From the NCBI GenBank assembly GCA_050950825.1, contig JBMNIH010000007.1:64001-128000 (forward strand): a stretch of 64,000 nucleotides of DNA, in the 5' to 3' direction. The position numbers were made by a program, and so were the translations under genes. This DNA comes from Clostridia bacterium (GTDB taxonomy: Bacteria > Bacillota > Clostridia > JAAYHZ01). Shown here one piece after another: positions 45,851-55,912 of the stretch; position 1 is the first letter of the stretch, and each line of letters starts with the position of its first letter. The notes beneath the pieces were generated by a model. That model saw nothing but the letters and a program-made list of their open reading frames with translations. It was not told the origin of the DNA and did no database searches.

Positions 45851-46573
45851 TTAATTCAACCGGAGCAATCTTGCAATGTTTTTCCCCATTACATATTCCG
45901 TTTCTTCTTTTGTTAAGTCCAAAACCTCGATTTTTTTCATTTCCGTCCGAGGATCAAGCAATATGCCGTCGGAGCCGAAGAGCACTTTTTCCGGACCGAG
46001 AATTCTGACGGCGTCTTTTATTTTCCAATAGGTAGGGACATATGCCGTATCCAGATACACATTTTTGTTTTTGCGAGCCAACTCGATGAATTGGTCGATC
46101 AAAAGAACGTTTCCGCTTGGAGCTCCGAGATGAGCCAATATTAATAAAAGGTCGGGATATGCTTTTACAATACTTTCGATAGCGGCATAATCGTTTCCCG
46201 AATCGATAAGACAGGGGACGCCGTATTCGATTGCCGTCTCGAGAACCGGACCGATAACCTCTGCGTGAAGAAGAGTCTCTCCTCGATGTATTTTTATGCC
46301 TTTCATGCCCCGTTCTTCGATTGCATACCTTATATCCTCCGTAACCTTTCTGTTATAACAAGGTCGGGCGTATGTAAAACCGATGAGCCTGTCCGGAAAT
46401 TTTTGAACTTCCTTGAAAACCATTTCCGTCGCATCCCGAGTCGATATGCACATGGCAAACACAACGGCTTTATCAATTCCGCACTTATCCATTACGGCTA
46501 CGATTTCTTCCGCCTTCGATTCTTGTCTATAAATATCTCCGTTCTTAACATGCATGTGGCAATCGATGATCAT
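45851..46573 (-). CDS. amidohydrolase family protein
   Basis: IIDCHMH, GIKIH, ILAHLG, LFGSD. Confidence 0.87.
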   Translation of the reverse strand: MIIDCHMHVKNGDIYRQESKAEEIVAVMDKCGIDKAVVFAMCISTRDATEMVFKEVQKFPDRLIGFTYARPCYNRKVTEDIRYAIEERGMKGIKIHRGETLLHAEVIGPVLETAIEYGVPCLIDSGNDYAAIESIVKAYPDLLLILAHLGAPSGNVLLIDQFIELARKNKNVYLDTAYVPTYWKIKDAVRILGPEKVLFGSDGILLDPRTEMKKIEVLDLTKEETEYVMGKNIARLLRLN

Positions 46574-46668
46574 AGGGCATTCATCCCCCTCTCATATTTT
46601 AAAAAGTACCTGCATTCAATGTCCGCACCTTATAAATATTTTAAAGTAAATTTGCCAAAAAGAGAACT

Positions 46669-48075
46669 TTAATTTAACGATTTATTATTTTTCGGCAATA
46701 ACACTTCGAAACGGCTACCGCTATTTACTCGACTCTCAACGGATATTCTTCCGCCATGGGCTTCCACGATGGACTTTGCTATGGCAAGGCCGAGTCCCGA
46801 TCCGCCGGTATTTCGATTGCGGGATTTATCCGCACGATAAAACCGTTCAAAAATGAAGGGAAGCTCGCTTTCAGGAATGCCGATCCCGGTATCGGCAATG
46901 CTAAATCCCACGGAATTTTTTGTCTCAAAAATATTTACGGATATCCGACCGCCTTCTTTTGAATATTTCACGGCATTGGATACAAGATTGATGGCCGTTT
47001 GGCTTATTCTGTCGGCATCGGCAAGTATATTCGAGCTATTGCCACTAATTGAAACGGTTAACTTTTTTTCTTTAATCGCAACATCAAAGCTTTTTACGGC
47101 CTTTTGTACAATTTCGGCAAGATCGATTTCAGACTTGTTTAACCTTAAATTTGCACTGTCCAACTTGTGAAGATTTTCAAGATCATAAACCAAGCTTCCG
47201 ATTCTTTTTATCTCATCGTTACAGCTTTGAAGCCGCTCTGCGGTAGGCTCCCAGACGCCGTCTATCATGGCTTCCACATGGGATTGCAGTATGGCGATAG
47301 GTGTTCGAAGCTCATGGGAAACATCTTCCGTCAGCTGCTTACGCAGATTCTCTTGCTTTTCCAGTGAAAAAGCCAATTGATTAATAGACCGGATCAGCAG
47401 ATCAATTTCTTTGGTTTTGGTTTTTTCCTCAATACGGTCTTTATAGCTTCCGGCGGCAATCCTTTTTGTTATTTGAACCGTTTTAAAAATGGGCCGGCTG
47501 ATCCTTTTTGCAAGAAGCACCCCGATGAGCACGGACAAGAGTACGGAAAAAATACCGATGGATAGAAGGACGACATTGAGAGCATCGAGAAATTGAAAAT
47601 CGTTTTCATTTAAAAAATAGGGGCCGAAGTAACTGATATTCACATAGCCCAATTTTTCACCGTCTCTTGTAAGGTCAAACGTTTTCGAGATGAACTCACC
47701 GTTTATTGAGGGGTATTTTTCCTCCATCCTTTTCGTAATTTCTTCGATCACTTGGAAGCACAAACTCATATCATGCTTTTGGGCATCCCAAACAAGATTG
47801 TTTTCGGTATCATAGAGTTTAATGATATACCCTTCATAAAGTGCGGACATACCGATGGAATGAACCGTTTCCGGGTTCCATGTATCGGTATTTTTATCGT
47901 ATTGGCGGCTTAGAGAAGACACGAGTTCGCTTTTTTTAAGGTCTTGTTGTCGTATGATGTAGTTGTTAAATTGCCCGGCAATGAATACATTGGCTAAAAA
48001 ACTGATGAGAACCACCGTTACTAAAACCACCGCAATAATGGCCAAGGATAGCTTGGTTTTTAAGCTGTACATCAT
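46669..48075 (-). CDS. HAMP-domain sensor histidine kinase (BaeS-like)
   Basis: DVSHELRTP, NAVKY, DTGIGI, FERFYRAD.SR, GSGLGL; ATG at 48075 after GGAGG. Confidence 0.9.
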   Translation of the reverse strand: MMYSLKTKLSLAIIAVVLVTVVLISFLANVFIAGQFNNYIIRQQDLKKSELVSSLSRQYDKNTDTWNPETVHSIGMSALYEGYIIKLYDTENNLVWDAQKHDMSLCFQVIEEITKRMEEKYPSINGEFISKTFDLTRDGEKLGYVNISYFGPYFLNENDFQFLDALNVVLLSIGIFSVLLSVLIGVLLAKRISRPIFKTVQITKRIAAGSYKDRIEEKTKTKEIDLLIRSINQLAFSLEKQENLRKQLTEDVSHELRTPIAILQSHVEAMIDGVWEPTAERLQSCNDEIKRIGSLVYDLENLHKLDSANLRLNKSEIDLAEIVQKAVKSFDVAIKEKKLTVSISGNSSNILADADRISQTAINLVSNAVKYSKEGGRISVNIFETKNSVGFSIADTGIGIPESELPFIFERFYRADKSRNRNTGGSGLGLAIAKSIVEAHGGRISVESRVNSGSRFEVLLPKNNKSLN

Positions 48076-48076
48076 G

Positions 48077-48264
48077 TTATTCGCCTCCGAATTTATAGCC
48101 GACTCCGTGAACGGTCCGTAAATATTCCGGGTTTTTCGGATCCTTCTCGATTTTCCGGCGAATATTCTTGATATGGCTATCAATGGCCCGATCGTATCCT
48201 TCGAAATCATCTCCTAAAGCGATTTTGATTAGCTCTTCCCGCGTAAATACTTTCTGCGGGTATT
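48077..48264 (-). pseudogene. OmpR-family response regulator, C-terminal fragment (IS-interrupted)
   Basis: Reads KYPQKVFTREELI...DRAIDSHIKNIRRKIE...TVHGVGYKFGGE*; rejoins in frame with 49799-50312 when the IS is removed. Confidence 0.9.
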
Positions 48265-48356
48265 TCTATATAATGGTGTAAAAAGGAGTTGAGCCAAAGC
48301 TCATACCTCGGTAAAATATAGTTGCTAAACAAATACCAAACCGAGGAGGATGAACC

Positions 48357-49565
48357 ATGGCTCAGTTTAATATTACTATAACCGAAGAACTTTTGCACGG
48401 ATTATTTTTATCAAATGGTAGGGATGAAGCATTCTCCAAATTGTTGGAGGAAATCTTCAACCAGATACTTTTAGCTCAATCTACAGAGCAAATAGGTGCT
48501 GAACCCTATGAGCGCACTGAAGAAAGAGCCGCATACCGCAATGGGTTTCGAGATAGACAAATGACTACGCGAGTTGGCACACTCACATTACGGGTTCCCA
48601 GGCATCGCAATGGACAGTTCTCTACAGAGCTTTTTGCCCGATACCAGCGCAGTGAACAAGCGTTGGTGCTGGCTATGATGGAGATGGTCATCAATGGTGT
48701 TTCCACTCGAAAGGTTGAGCTAATTACTGAAGAGCTATGTGGAAAAAAGTTTTCAAAATCGACCATCTCAGAACTTTGTAAGAACTTAGATCCAATAGTA
48801 GAAGCATTCCGTACAAGGCCTCTGCAAAGCCATTATCCCTTTCTCATGGTGGATGCCATCTATGTAAAGGTGCGGGAAAATGGACGTGTACAGTCAAGAG
48901 GTATGCTGATCGCCATTGCCGTTAACGAAGATGGCTATCGTGAAATCATCGGGTTTCAATTAGCCAACAGCGAATCAGAAAGCAGTTGGGGTGAGTTCTT
49001 TTCTTCACTCAAGGATCGTGGGCTAAAGGATGTTCGCCTGGTTACCTCTGATGACCATAAAGGGCTGGTTAATGCTGTTAGAAAGCATTTTCAAGGTGCT
49101 AGCTGGCAGCGTTGTCAAACCCATTTTTCCAGGAACATACTGGATCATACGCCTAAAGCATTACAGACGGAAATTAAGGAAGAGCTGCGCCAGCTTTATG
49201 AGGCTGTTGACCTTGAGAGTGCTCGTAAAATCAGAGACCACATTATCCAAACATATGAAGTCAAAGCACCAAAAGCCACAGCTCTCCTGGATGAAGCATT
49301 TGATGATATTACTGCTGTTCTTGCGTTGCCCCTGAAGTATCGGAAACGGCTTCGTACTACAAACGGTGTGGAAAGGTTGAATGAGGAAATTCGTCGTCGA
49401 GAGCGAGTCATTAGAATCTTTCCCAATGCTGCATCCGTCATCCGGCTCATGGGGGCTCTATTAATAGAGCAGCATGAGAAATGGCAGACCGGTCGTAAAT
49501 ACCTTGATATGCAGCTGTACTATCAAGTGCAGGATAAGGAATCAAAGTCTGGCACTGCTGCATAG
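48357..49565 (+). CDS. IS256-family (Mutator-like) DDE transposase
   Basis: YRNG.R.R, G.STRKV, VDA, SDDH.GL, QRCQTHF, RTTN..ERLN.E.RRR. Confidence 0.95.
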   Translation: MAQFNITITEELLHGLFLSNGRDEAFSKLLEEIFNQILLAQSTEQIGAEPYERTEERAAYRNGFRDRQMTTRVGTLTLRVPRHRNGQFSTELFARYQRSEQALVLAMMEMVINGVSTRKVELITEELCGKKFSKSTISELCKNLDPIVEAFRTRPLQSHYPFLMVDAIYVKVRENGRVQSRGMLIAIAVNEDGYREIIGFQLANSESESSWGEFFSSLKDRGLKDVRLVTSDDHKGLVNAVRKHFQGASWQRCQTHFSRNILDHTPKALQTEIKEELRQLYEAVDLESARKIRDHIIQTYEVKAPKATALLDEAFDDITAVLALPLKYRKRLRTTNGVERLNEEIRRRERVIRIFPNAASVIRLMGALLIEQHEKWQTGRKYLDMQLYYQVQDKESKSGTAA

Positions 49566-49586
49566 AAGACGCATTTATTCCACGGT

Positions 49587-49719
49587 CTGTTGACAATGAG
49601 CCTCCCATGGCATGTTTTCAGGCATCAGGGCCATCCCCCTTATCTTTGAGGAGAAGTCTTGCGCTAGTATGGTGATGCCCGGCCAACAGCCTAACATGCC
49701 ATGTACTCATCGTCAACAG
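49587..49719 (+). repeat. long imperfect hairpin in the IS 3' non-coding region (candidate structured RNA)
   Basis: Nested pairs CTGTTGACAATGAG/CTCATCGTCAACAG, CATGGCATGTT/AACATGCCATG, AGGC/GCCT, GGGCCATCCCC/GGTGATGCCC. Confidence 0.7.
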
Positions 49720-49798
49720 CTTTCGCGGCATAAACGCTTAGGCTATTGTCTCATTAGCTACCGTTTGATGACCGAGGTAATTTACACACTAATTTGGA

Positions 49799-50312
49799 TG
49801 ATAAGAGCGGTCAGTATTTTAAACTCGTTAGGAGTAAGTTTTGCATCGTTCTTGTTTTTCATCACAATGCGACTTTCAAAATCGATTTCAAGATCTCCGT
49901 TGTTGAAGGAGCATTTGTTAAACAGGGGCGATAAATCATTGCATGATCTTCTTAAAACGGCTTCCATTCGGGCGACTAATGTTCTTAAGCTAAAGGGCTT
50001 TGTTATATAATCATCCGCGCCGATACCAAGCCCCTCCGGCATATCGGCTTCCTCCGCTTTGGCGGTAAGCATGATTATGGGAACCCTCGATTTTTTACGG
50101 ATTGTTTTGCAAATCTCTTCTCCCGGAATCTCGGGAAGCATTAAATCAAGCAAAATCAAAGCGACGGATTCGTTGTTGAGTATTTCGAAGGCTTGTTTCG
50201 CATGTTCCGCCGTAAAGACGATATACCCTTTGCTTTCCAGAAACGCCTTGACCACTTCAAGTATTTTCACTTCATCGTCCACAACCAGTATTTTCTTTGC
50301 TTGATCGTTCAT
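49799..50312 (-). pseudogene. OmpR-family response regulator, N-terminal fragment (IS-interrupted)
   Basis: KILVVDDE, LLDLMLP, GADDYITKPFS, LTPNEFKIL, then breaks at the IS end. Confidence 0.9.
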
Positions 50313-50409
50313 GACTACCACCTGTAAAAAACCTACCCGGTTTATGCGAAATATATTATTCCAATTATATCTTCATTTTTCGCCCCGGCAATAGAAATCG
50401 GTATTGCTT

Positions 50410-50913
50410 TTAACTTTTCCAATTTGCAAAAATGATTTTTGCTTTCGCCAAAAATTCTTTGGAAATCGTAATGCTTGTGTCGGTTACCGTTTTAAACTCC
50501 TCCGTAATTGGAACCGGATTGCAGCCCCCTCTCGTTACCTCCACCTCATCCCTTTTGAAGCGATTTCCGCAATTTTGGCAAACGAGAACATCGCCTTCCT
50601 GAATGTAGTATCCTCTGCCTGAGCCGTAACATACTTGGCATGTGTTAAATGCCGTTCGAACGGTATTGTCCGATGCCCGAACCGCAAGAACCTCCAATCG
50701 AGTTCCCTTGATTTCCACAGGATAAAACGAGGCCTTTTCGGAGACTTCACTTATTTGTATCACAAGATCCCGGTCCTTGACCACGGTACCCGAAGCGCCT
50801 TTGGCATTTCCAAAAATCAATACGACGATAAATAGAAGGACGGCCAATGCAAAAAACGATACGGTTGCAATTTCTCCGAAATCGAGCTTTTGCTCCTTTT
50901 GTAATTGAGACAT
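50410..50913 (-). CDS. DUF2318-like membrane-anchored Cys-rich (Fe-S/metal) protein
   Basis: AFNTCQVC, LVCQNCG, GGCNPVP motifs; AGGAG RBS before ATG 50913. Confidence 0.8.
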   Translation of the reverse strand: MSQLQKEQKLDFGEIATVSFFALAVLLFIVVLIFGNAKGASGTVVKDRDLVIQISEVSEKASFYPVEIKGTRLEVLAVRASDNTVRTAFNTCQVCYGSGRGYYIQEGDVLVCQNCGNRFKRDEVEVTRGGCNPVPITEEFKTVTDTSITISKEFLAKAKIIFANWKS

Positions 50914-50938
50914 GCTTTCTTCTCCTTTTTTTATTATT

Positions 50939-52582
50939 TTAATGGCAAGACGGTAGTCCGCTGTCACCGATATATTCCACAAGGGGCGGTATAAAACGGC
51001 TTATTTCGACTGATTATAGCGATTTCGTTTATGCCGCTTCTCATGTTGATTTGCGCGTTATATGTAGGAAAGAGCAGGATTTTGTAGCAATAACGGCAGG
51101 TGTGAATCGATCGGCAACCATGTCGATGGAAACGGTTTGCTTACCGTCTATAATTTGGGCTACGGCAATGGAATCAATCGGAATTTTGTAATCCGATTTC
51201 TTTTCGGCCGGGTCTTCTTCAGAAGCTTCACGGTTGTTAAAATCATCAACCACCGTGATCTTGCTTCGAATCATACCCATCCAGCAGCTATAGGCGAAGG
51301 TTCCGCTTTCCGTCGGAGTAAATTCAATGATGTTGTCGCCGATTTCAAGCCTTTTTACGATATTAAATTTGGGAATCACGATTTCGTTGTTGCATCCGTT
51401 CATATCTTTTTTCTCCGCCTTAATGATCCATTTGACCGGAATTCCTTTTTGAACCGTAATCGGTTCATAGGAACCGGACGAAAGCTTTGTCGTAACGATT
51501 TGCACATTATCCGAAATGTTTGCCACATTCATATTTCGTGCGCTTGTATTTATCTCGGCTGCAAAGGCCGAGAAAGATATGCCGGACAAGCTTATGCCGC
51601 CGGCGAACATGGACACGCCTAATACGATAACCAAAACCGTACTTACGGTCATGATTTTGCGAGTAAACTTTTTGCTTAAAAAGGAGCTTAAGGCTCCTAA
51701 CCCGAACATTAGGGGAACGGTACCCAAACTGAAAAGAAGCATGGATACGGCGCCTTTGATCGGCGAGCCTGTAGAAAGTGCATAAAGCTGCATTGCTTGG
51801 AGAGGGCCGCAGGGCATCAATCCGTTCAGTAGCCCCACATAAAGAGGGCTTTTGCTTTTTTTCCGTTCGTTTATTTTCTTGGCGAAAATTTTCGGCATTC
51901 GAGGGTTGAACTTCCGCAGCCACGGGAATATGTTTAGCATATTAAGACCCATAATGACCATAAAGACGCCTGCAGCAATTTGAACAACACCTTTTAAAGC
52001 TCCGGAGAAACCCGCGACGGAACCGACCGCTCCGACGATCCCGCCTATGATTGTATAGGATAAAACTCTTCCGAGATTGTATAAGAAGCTTGGTGTAAGG
52101 ACGGCAATCTTGCTTAGGGTATTGCTTTTTTGCGTATCTTGCAATACGCATTGGGAAAGATTGATACCGCCGCACATGGCGACGCAATGGAGAGAAGTTA
52201 AAAGACCGATGATAAACAGCATTCCGTAACCGGTTGTTTCTTCCGCCTGAGGGAACGCATTAAAAACGTTAAAAACGCCGAACCGAGATATTATCATATA
52301 CAAAGAAAGCAAAATTATTGCAATTCCTAACGCTTTGGTTAGGCTTGCCCTTTGATTTGCTTTTTCTTTCGTTTCTTTTACTACTTTGTAACCCTGCCCG
52401 TCAATAATTTCGATTATGTTCTCGATACCGATTAAATTTTCATCGTAAGTAATTTCGGCGGTTCCGGATGAATAGCTGACGACAGTATCGATAATCCCTT
52501 TTGTGTTTTTCAGCATTTTTTCGATCCTGTTCTCGCAGTTCACGCATGTCATACCGTCAATTTTCAATATTATCGACTGCAT
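50939..52582 (-). pseudogene. HMA-DsbD/TauE-cupredoxin metal-handling membrane protein, 3' end disrupted (ORF 51041-52582)
   Basis: GMTCVNC, HCVAMCG, PCG, CWMGM; two shifted frames downstream continue KILLFPTYNAQINMR... and ...EYIGDSGLPSCH* ending at 50939. Confidence 0.7.
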
Positions 52583-52622
52583 AGCTTCCCTTCCTTGCTA
52601 AGATTCCTATGAATACGCATGA

Positions 52623-52656
52623 ATGTTAACAATTAAATGTGGAGATTTTATGGAGA
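52623..52656 (-). promoter_or_regulatory. OmpR-type direct-repeat site and -10 of the metal operon
   Basis: Minus strand TCTCCA-N5-TCTCCA (11-bp period) upstream of TAACAT. Confidence 0.55.
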
Positions 52657-52715
52657 AAATGTTGGACGATATAGGAATTTTCAGAGGAAAGAAAGCAAAA
52701 GGACCCGTATGCGGA

Positions 52716-55151
52716 TTACTTTTTCTTTCTTATAATTTGCTTTAAGCCTTTAAAGAACCGGCCGTTGATCATGGTTAGCAAGCCTTCCAATTGATTTTTA
52801 TCGATTATACCGCCCGACATTGTCGCAATATTCCGAAAGGGCAGGCTTAATAAAAACATCACGTTGTCGGCGGCAATCTTTTTTCCTAAAAGCTTTAAAA
52901 TTTTATGAGAAAATATAAGAAGTCCGTAGAGCATCTTCCCGAACAGGCCGTAATATCGAGCTTGTTCTATTAAATCATCGGCGTCCAATTGCTTCCCTTT
53001 TTCCGGCAGGGAAGAGGGGAGTTTTTCACCGAGGAGCCTTTCAAAATCTTCGGTTGTCAAACCTGCCAAGGATTTCCCGGTTACGTAGGGAGTATTCTCC
53101 AACCCCTCGTATGGGTTTTCAACGGTTTCTCCTTTAACGGTAACGACGGTTTTAAGGCGAATATCCCGGGAAGAAGCGCCGACGCCGATTTCATATTTTC
53201 CCGATTCGGTAACAAAGCGCCCGAGCTTGACATGGTAGTAGGAAAAAGCATATTCGTCCAAGAAAATGTCCACCTGTTTTGCTTCACCGGGAAGAAGGGC
53301 GACTTTGGCAAAGCCCTTTAAAGCTTTTTTCTCACGAAATACCTTCGGTTGGAGGGAAGATACATACAGCTGTACGATTTCTTCTCCGAAACAAGGACCG
53401 GTATTTCGAAGGGTAACCGTTACCTTATTGCCGTTAACGGACAAATTTTCATACCGGAAAGTCGTATAAGACAAACCGTGTCCGAAAGGAAACAGTACTT
53501 CCTTTTCCTCATAATCGTATTGGCGATAACCGACGAATATACTTTCCCTATGCTCGGAGGTTAAAATCTCCCCGGGAAAATAAGGGGAAGAGGCCACATC
53601 GGAGTAACGCAACGGATAGGTTTCCGCCAATTTGCCGGAAGGATTGTTTTCTCCCGTTATGGTTCGAGCAAGAGCTTCGCCGCCTCCTTGTCCCGAAAGA
53701 TACCCGTGCAAAATGACGGGCACCTTGGACGCAAATGGCATTTCCACCGGAGCACCGCATGCCAATACAACCACAACTTGACGATGGAAGGAGGTGAGGG
53801 CCTCCGCCAAAGCCAATTGGTTGTCGGAAAGTCTCATATTTTTTCGATCCCAACCTTCCGATTCACTGTTTTCGTCCAAGCCCGGATACAATATGACGAT
53901 GTCCGCCTTTCTCGCAAGATCCAGCGCCTTTTTCATTAGGCGCTTGCTTTTGCCGCCAAATCGTTTGTATCCTTTCTCGTAGCCGATCACATTTAAGTCC
54001 GTGTTTTTCACGGCATCAAGGAAGCTTACAAGCCTTGTAGGGCGTACCAAAGAGCTTCCCGCTCCTTGGTAGCGAGGAGTTTCGGCAAAATCCCCAATAA
54101 TCGCAACTTTTTTATTCCGGTCGGTAATGGGAAGAAGATTCCCGTCATTTTTTAGAAGCACCAAGGATTTGCAAGCCGCTTTAACGGCTATCTTGTGATT
54201 TTCTTCATGAAGAGTCGATTTATCCGGAACGAGTTCTCTTTTAGGAGACGATCCGAATCCTTGGTAACCCGTTTTTTCGATTAGCGTTAACAGTTTGTCT
54301 ACCTGCTCATCCAAAATCGATTCATCGATAAGCCCCTTTGCAACCGCTTCCTCGATTTCCTTATCCGTCATTCCTCCGGCGGAAGGCATCTCCAGCGTAC
54401 TGCCTGCCGTCAATGCCGCAACTCGGTCATGGTTTCCTCCCCAGTCCGAAATCACCGTACCTGAAAATCCCCATTCGCCTATAAGGATATCCTTTAACAG
54501 CCGGGTATTCTCGTTAGCATACTCTCCGTTCACTTTATTGTATGCCGTCATAATGGTCAAAGGCTTCGCTTCCTGAACGACGCGGCGGAATCCTTCCAAG
54601 TAGATTTCCCTCAGTGCCCGCTCATCCACCCGTTCGTCCACCTGCATTCTTCTTGTTTCTTGGCTGTTGACCGCATAGTGTTTGGGGCATGCGGCTACTC
54701 CTTCTTTTTGAATTCCTCTTGTCAAAGCGGCGGCTAATTTTCCGGTTAAATAGGGATCTTCCGAAAAATACTCGAAATTCCTTCCGGCTAAAGGATTGCG
54801 TTTAATGTTAAGTCCGGGCCCTAGAAGAACGCTGACCTTCTCCGCATACGCTTCTTTTCCTAAGCATCTTCCAACATCTTCCAGAAGGCTTGTATCCCAG
54901 CTGTTAGCCAAAGCGGCCGCCGTAGGGAAGCAGGTAGCCGGAATACTCTTGTTAAGTCCCAAATGATCTTCTTTCCCTCCTTGCTTTCGCAGGCCGTGGG
55001 GGCCGTCCGTAAGCATAATGGAAGGAATGCCGAGCCGGTCTACGGACTTTGTGTTCCAAAAGTTCGCACCGGACATTAAAGACGCTTTTTCCGATAAGGT
55101 CATTTGGCGAATGATCTTTTCAAATTTTAACGGAATCTTTTTTTCACCCAT
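52716..55151 (-). CDS. glycoside hydrolase family 3 beta-glucosidase
   Basis: DGPHGLR, GRNFEYFSEDP, KHY..N, SDWG, FPFGHGLSYT, FnIII-like domain. Confidence 0.92.
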   Translation of the reverse strand: MGEKKIPLKFEKIIRQMTLSEKASLMSGANFWNTKSVDRLGIPSIMLTDGPHGLRKQGGKEDHLGLNKSIPATCFPTAAALANSWDTSLLEDVGRCLGKEAYAEKVSVLLGPGLNIKRNPLAGRNFEYFSEDPYLTGKLAAALTRGIQKEGVAACPKHYAVNSQETRRMQVDERVDERALREIYLEGFRRVVQEAKPLTIMTAYNKVNGEYANENTRLLKDILIGEWGFSGTVISDWGGNHDRVAALTAGSTLEMPSAGGMTDKEIEEAVAKGLIDESILDEQVDKLLTLIEKTGYQGFGSSPKRELVPDKSTLHEENHKIAVKAACKSLVLLKNDGNLLPITDRNKKVAIIGDFAETPRYQGAGSSLVRPTRLVSFLDAVKNTDLNVIGYEKGYKRFGGKSKRLMKKALDLARKADIVILYPGLDENSESEGWDRKNMRLSDNQLALAEALTSFHRQVVVVLACGAPVEMPFASKVPVILHGYLSGQGGGEALARTITGENNPSGKLAETYPLRYSDVASSPYFPGEILTSEHRESIFVGYRQYDYEEKEVLFPFGHGLSYTTFRYENLSVNGNKVTVTLRNTGPCFGEEIVQLYVSSLQPKVFREKKALKGFAKVALLPGEAKQVDIFLDEYAFSYYHVKLGRFVTESGKYEIGVGASSRDIRLKTVVTVKGETVENPYEGLENTPYVTGKSLAGLTTEDFERLLGEKLPSSLPEKGKQLDADDLIEQARYYGLFGKMLYGLLIFSHKILKLLGKKIAADNVMFLLSLPFRNIATMSGGIIDKNQLEGLLTMINGRFFKGLKQIIRKKK

Positions 55152-55213
55152 TAAACATCACCCGGATCATTATACTTCTGCTTTTACATTACCATATTTT
55201 TTACCCTATGAAC

Positions 55214-55478
55214 CTACTTTTTCGAAATAGGGACCCACAGCTCATCCTTGACTTTGTGTCCGTGTCCTAAAAAATGCGCAATGCAAGGCAGACGAGAAAG
55301 CTCATAGCCGGATAAAAAAGAGCCATTCCGAACATATCCTTTTCCAAGCCTCGGTAACATTGGAAAATCCGGCATAGGTAAAGGGCGGAATGATCCGCTC
55401 ATACCGTTGGGCACATCGAGATCGTATCGCGCCTCCATAAAGTAATCGAATTCTTCATCCGAAACGGCCTCCCTGTTC
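55214..55478 (-). pseudogene. GyrI-like effector-binding domain remnant
   Basis: Across frameshifts: EFDYF..YD.DVP.G / ERIIPPFTYA..WKRICSEWL / SGYEL..LPCI..ELWVPI*. Confidence 0.6.
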
Positions 55479-55483
55479 CCGCA

Positions 55484-55702
55484 AGCTATGCCAAGCTAAT
55501 GGGTTATGACGTGACGGCTGCGGCTGACCTTAACAAGTTCAGCGATGCCGACCAAATCAGCGGTTATGCAAGACATGGCATGGGCGAACACCAAGGGCTT
55601 GATTAACGGCAGGGGCAATGGCATCCTTGATCCGCAGGGTAAGGCTACCCGTGCAGAGACTGTGGGATCTTGCATCGCTTCTGCGAGAATGTCGTAAAAT
55701 AA
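55484..55702 (+). pseudogene. S-layer homology (SLH) domain C-terminal remnant
   Basis: Across two frameshifts: YAKLMGYDV..FSDADQISGYA / MAWA..GLING....LDPQGKATRAE / ILHRFCENVVK*. Confidence 0.75.
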
Positions 55703-55794
55703 CAATTACCGCTATAATATGCCATAAAGAAAGCATCCCGTTTCAATTAAAAGGGAGAATAGCAAAATAAGATGAAACGAAGAAAAACCAAAAA

Positions 55795-55835
55795 AATAAA
55801 AGCCTTAAAATCACAACACTTTTAAGGCTTTTATT
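55795..55835 (-). terminator. hairpin downstream of tRNA-Ala(GGC)
   Basis: AATAAAAGCCTTAAAA/TTTTAAGGCTTTTATT inverted repeat. Confidence 0.7.
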
Positions 55836-55836
55836 T

Positions 55837-55912
<76 letters not shown>

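Larger units (their letters stand above)
48265..49798 (+). mobile_element. IS256-family insertion sequence
   Basis: Imperfect IRs TCTATATAATGGTGTAAAA / TCCAAATTAGTGTGTAAAT (reverse complement); removal restores GCT CTT ATC AAA TAC CCG (ALIKYP). Confidence 0.9.

Noticed and set aside
48076-48210. N-terminal extension of the kinase ORF
   Set aside because: Overlaps the response-regulator C-terminal fragment in another frame; the RBS supports a start at 48075.
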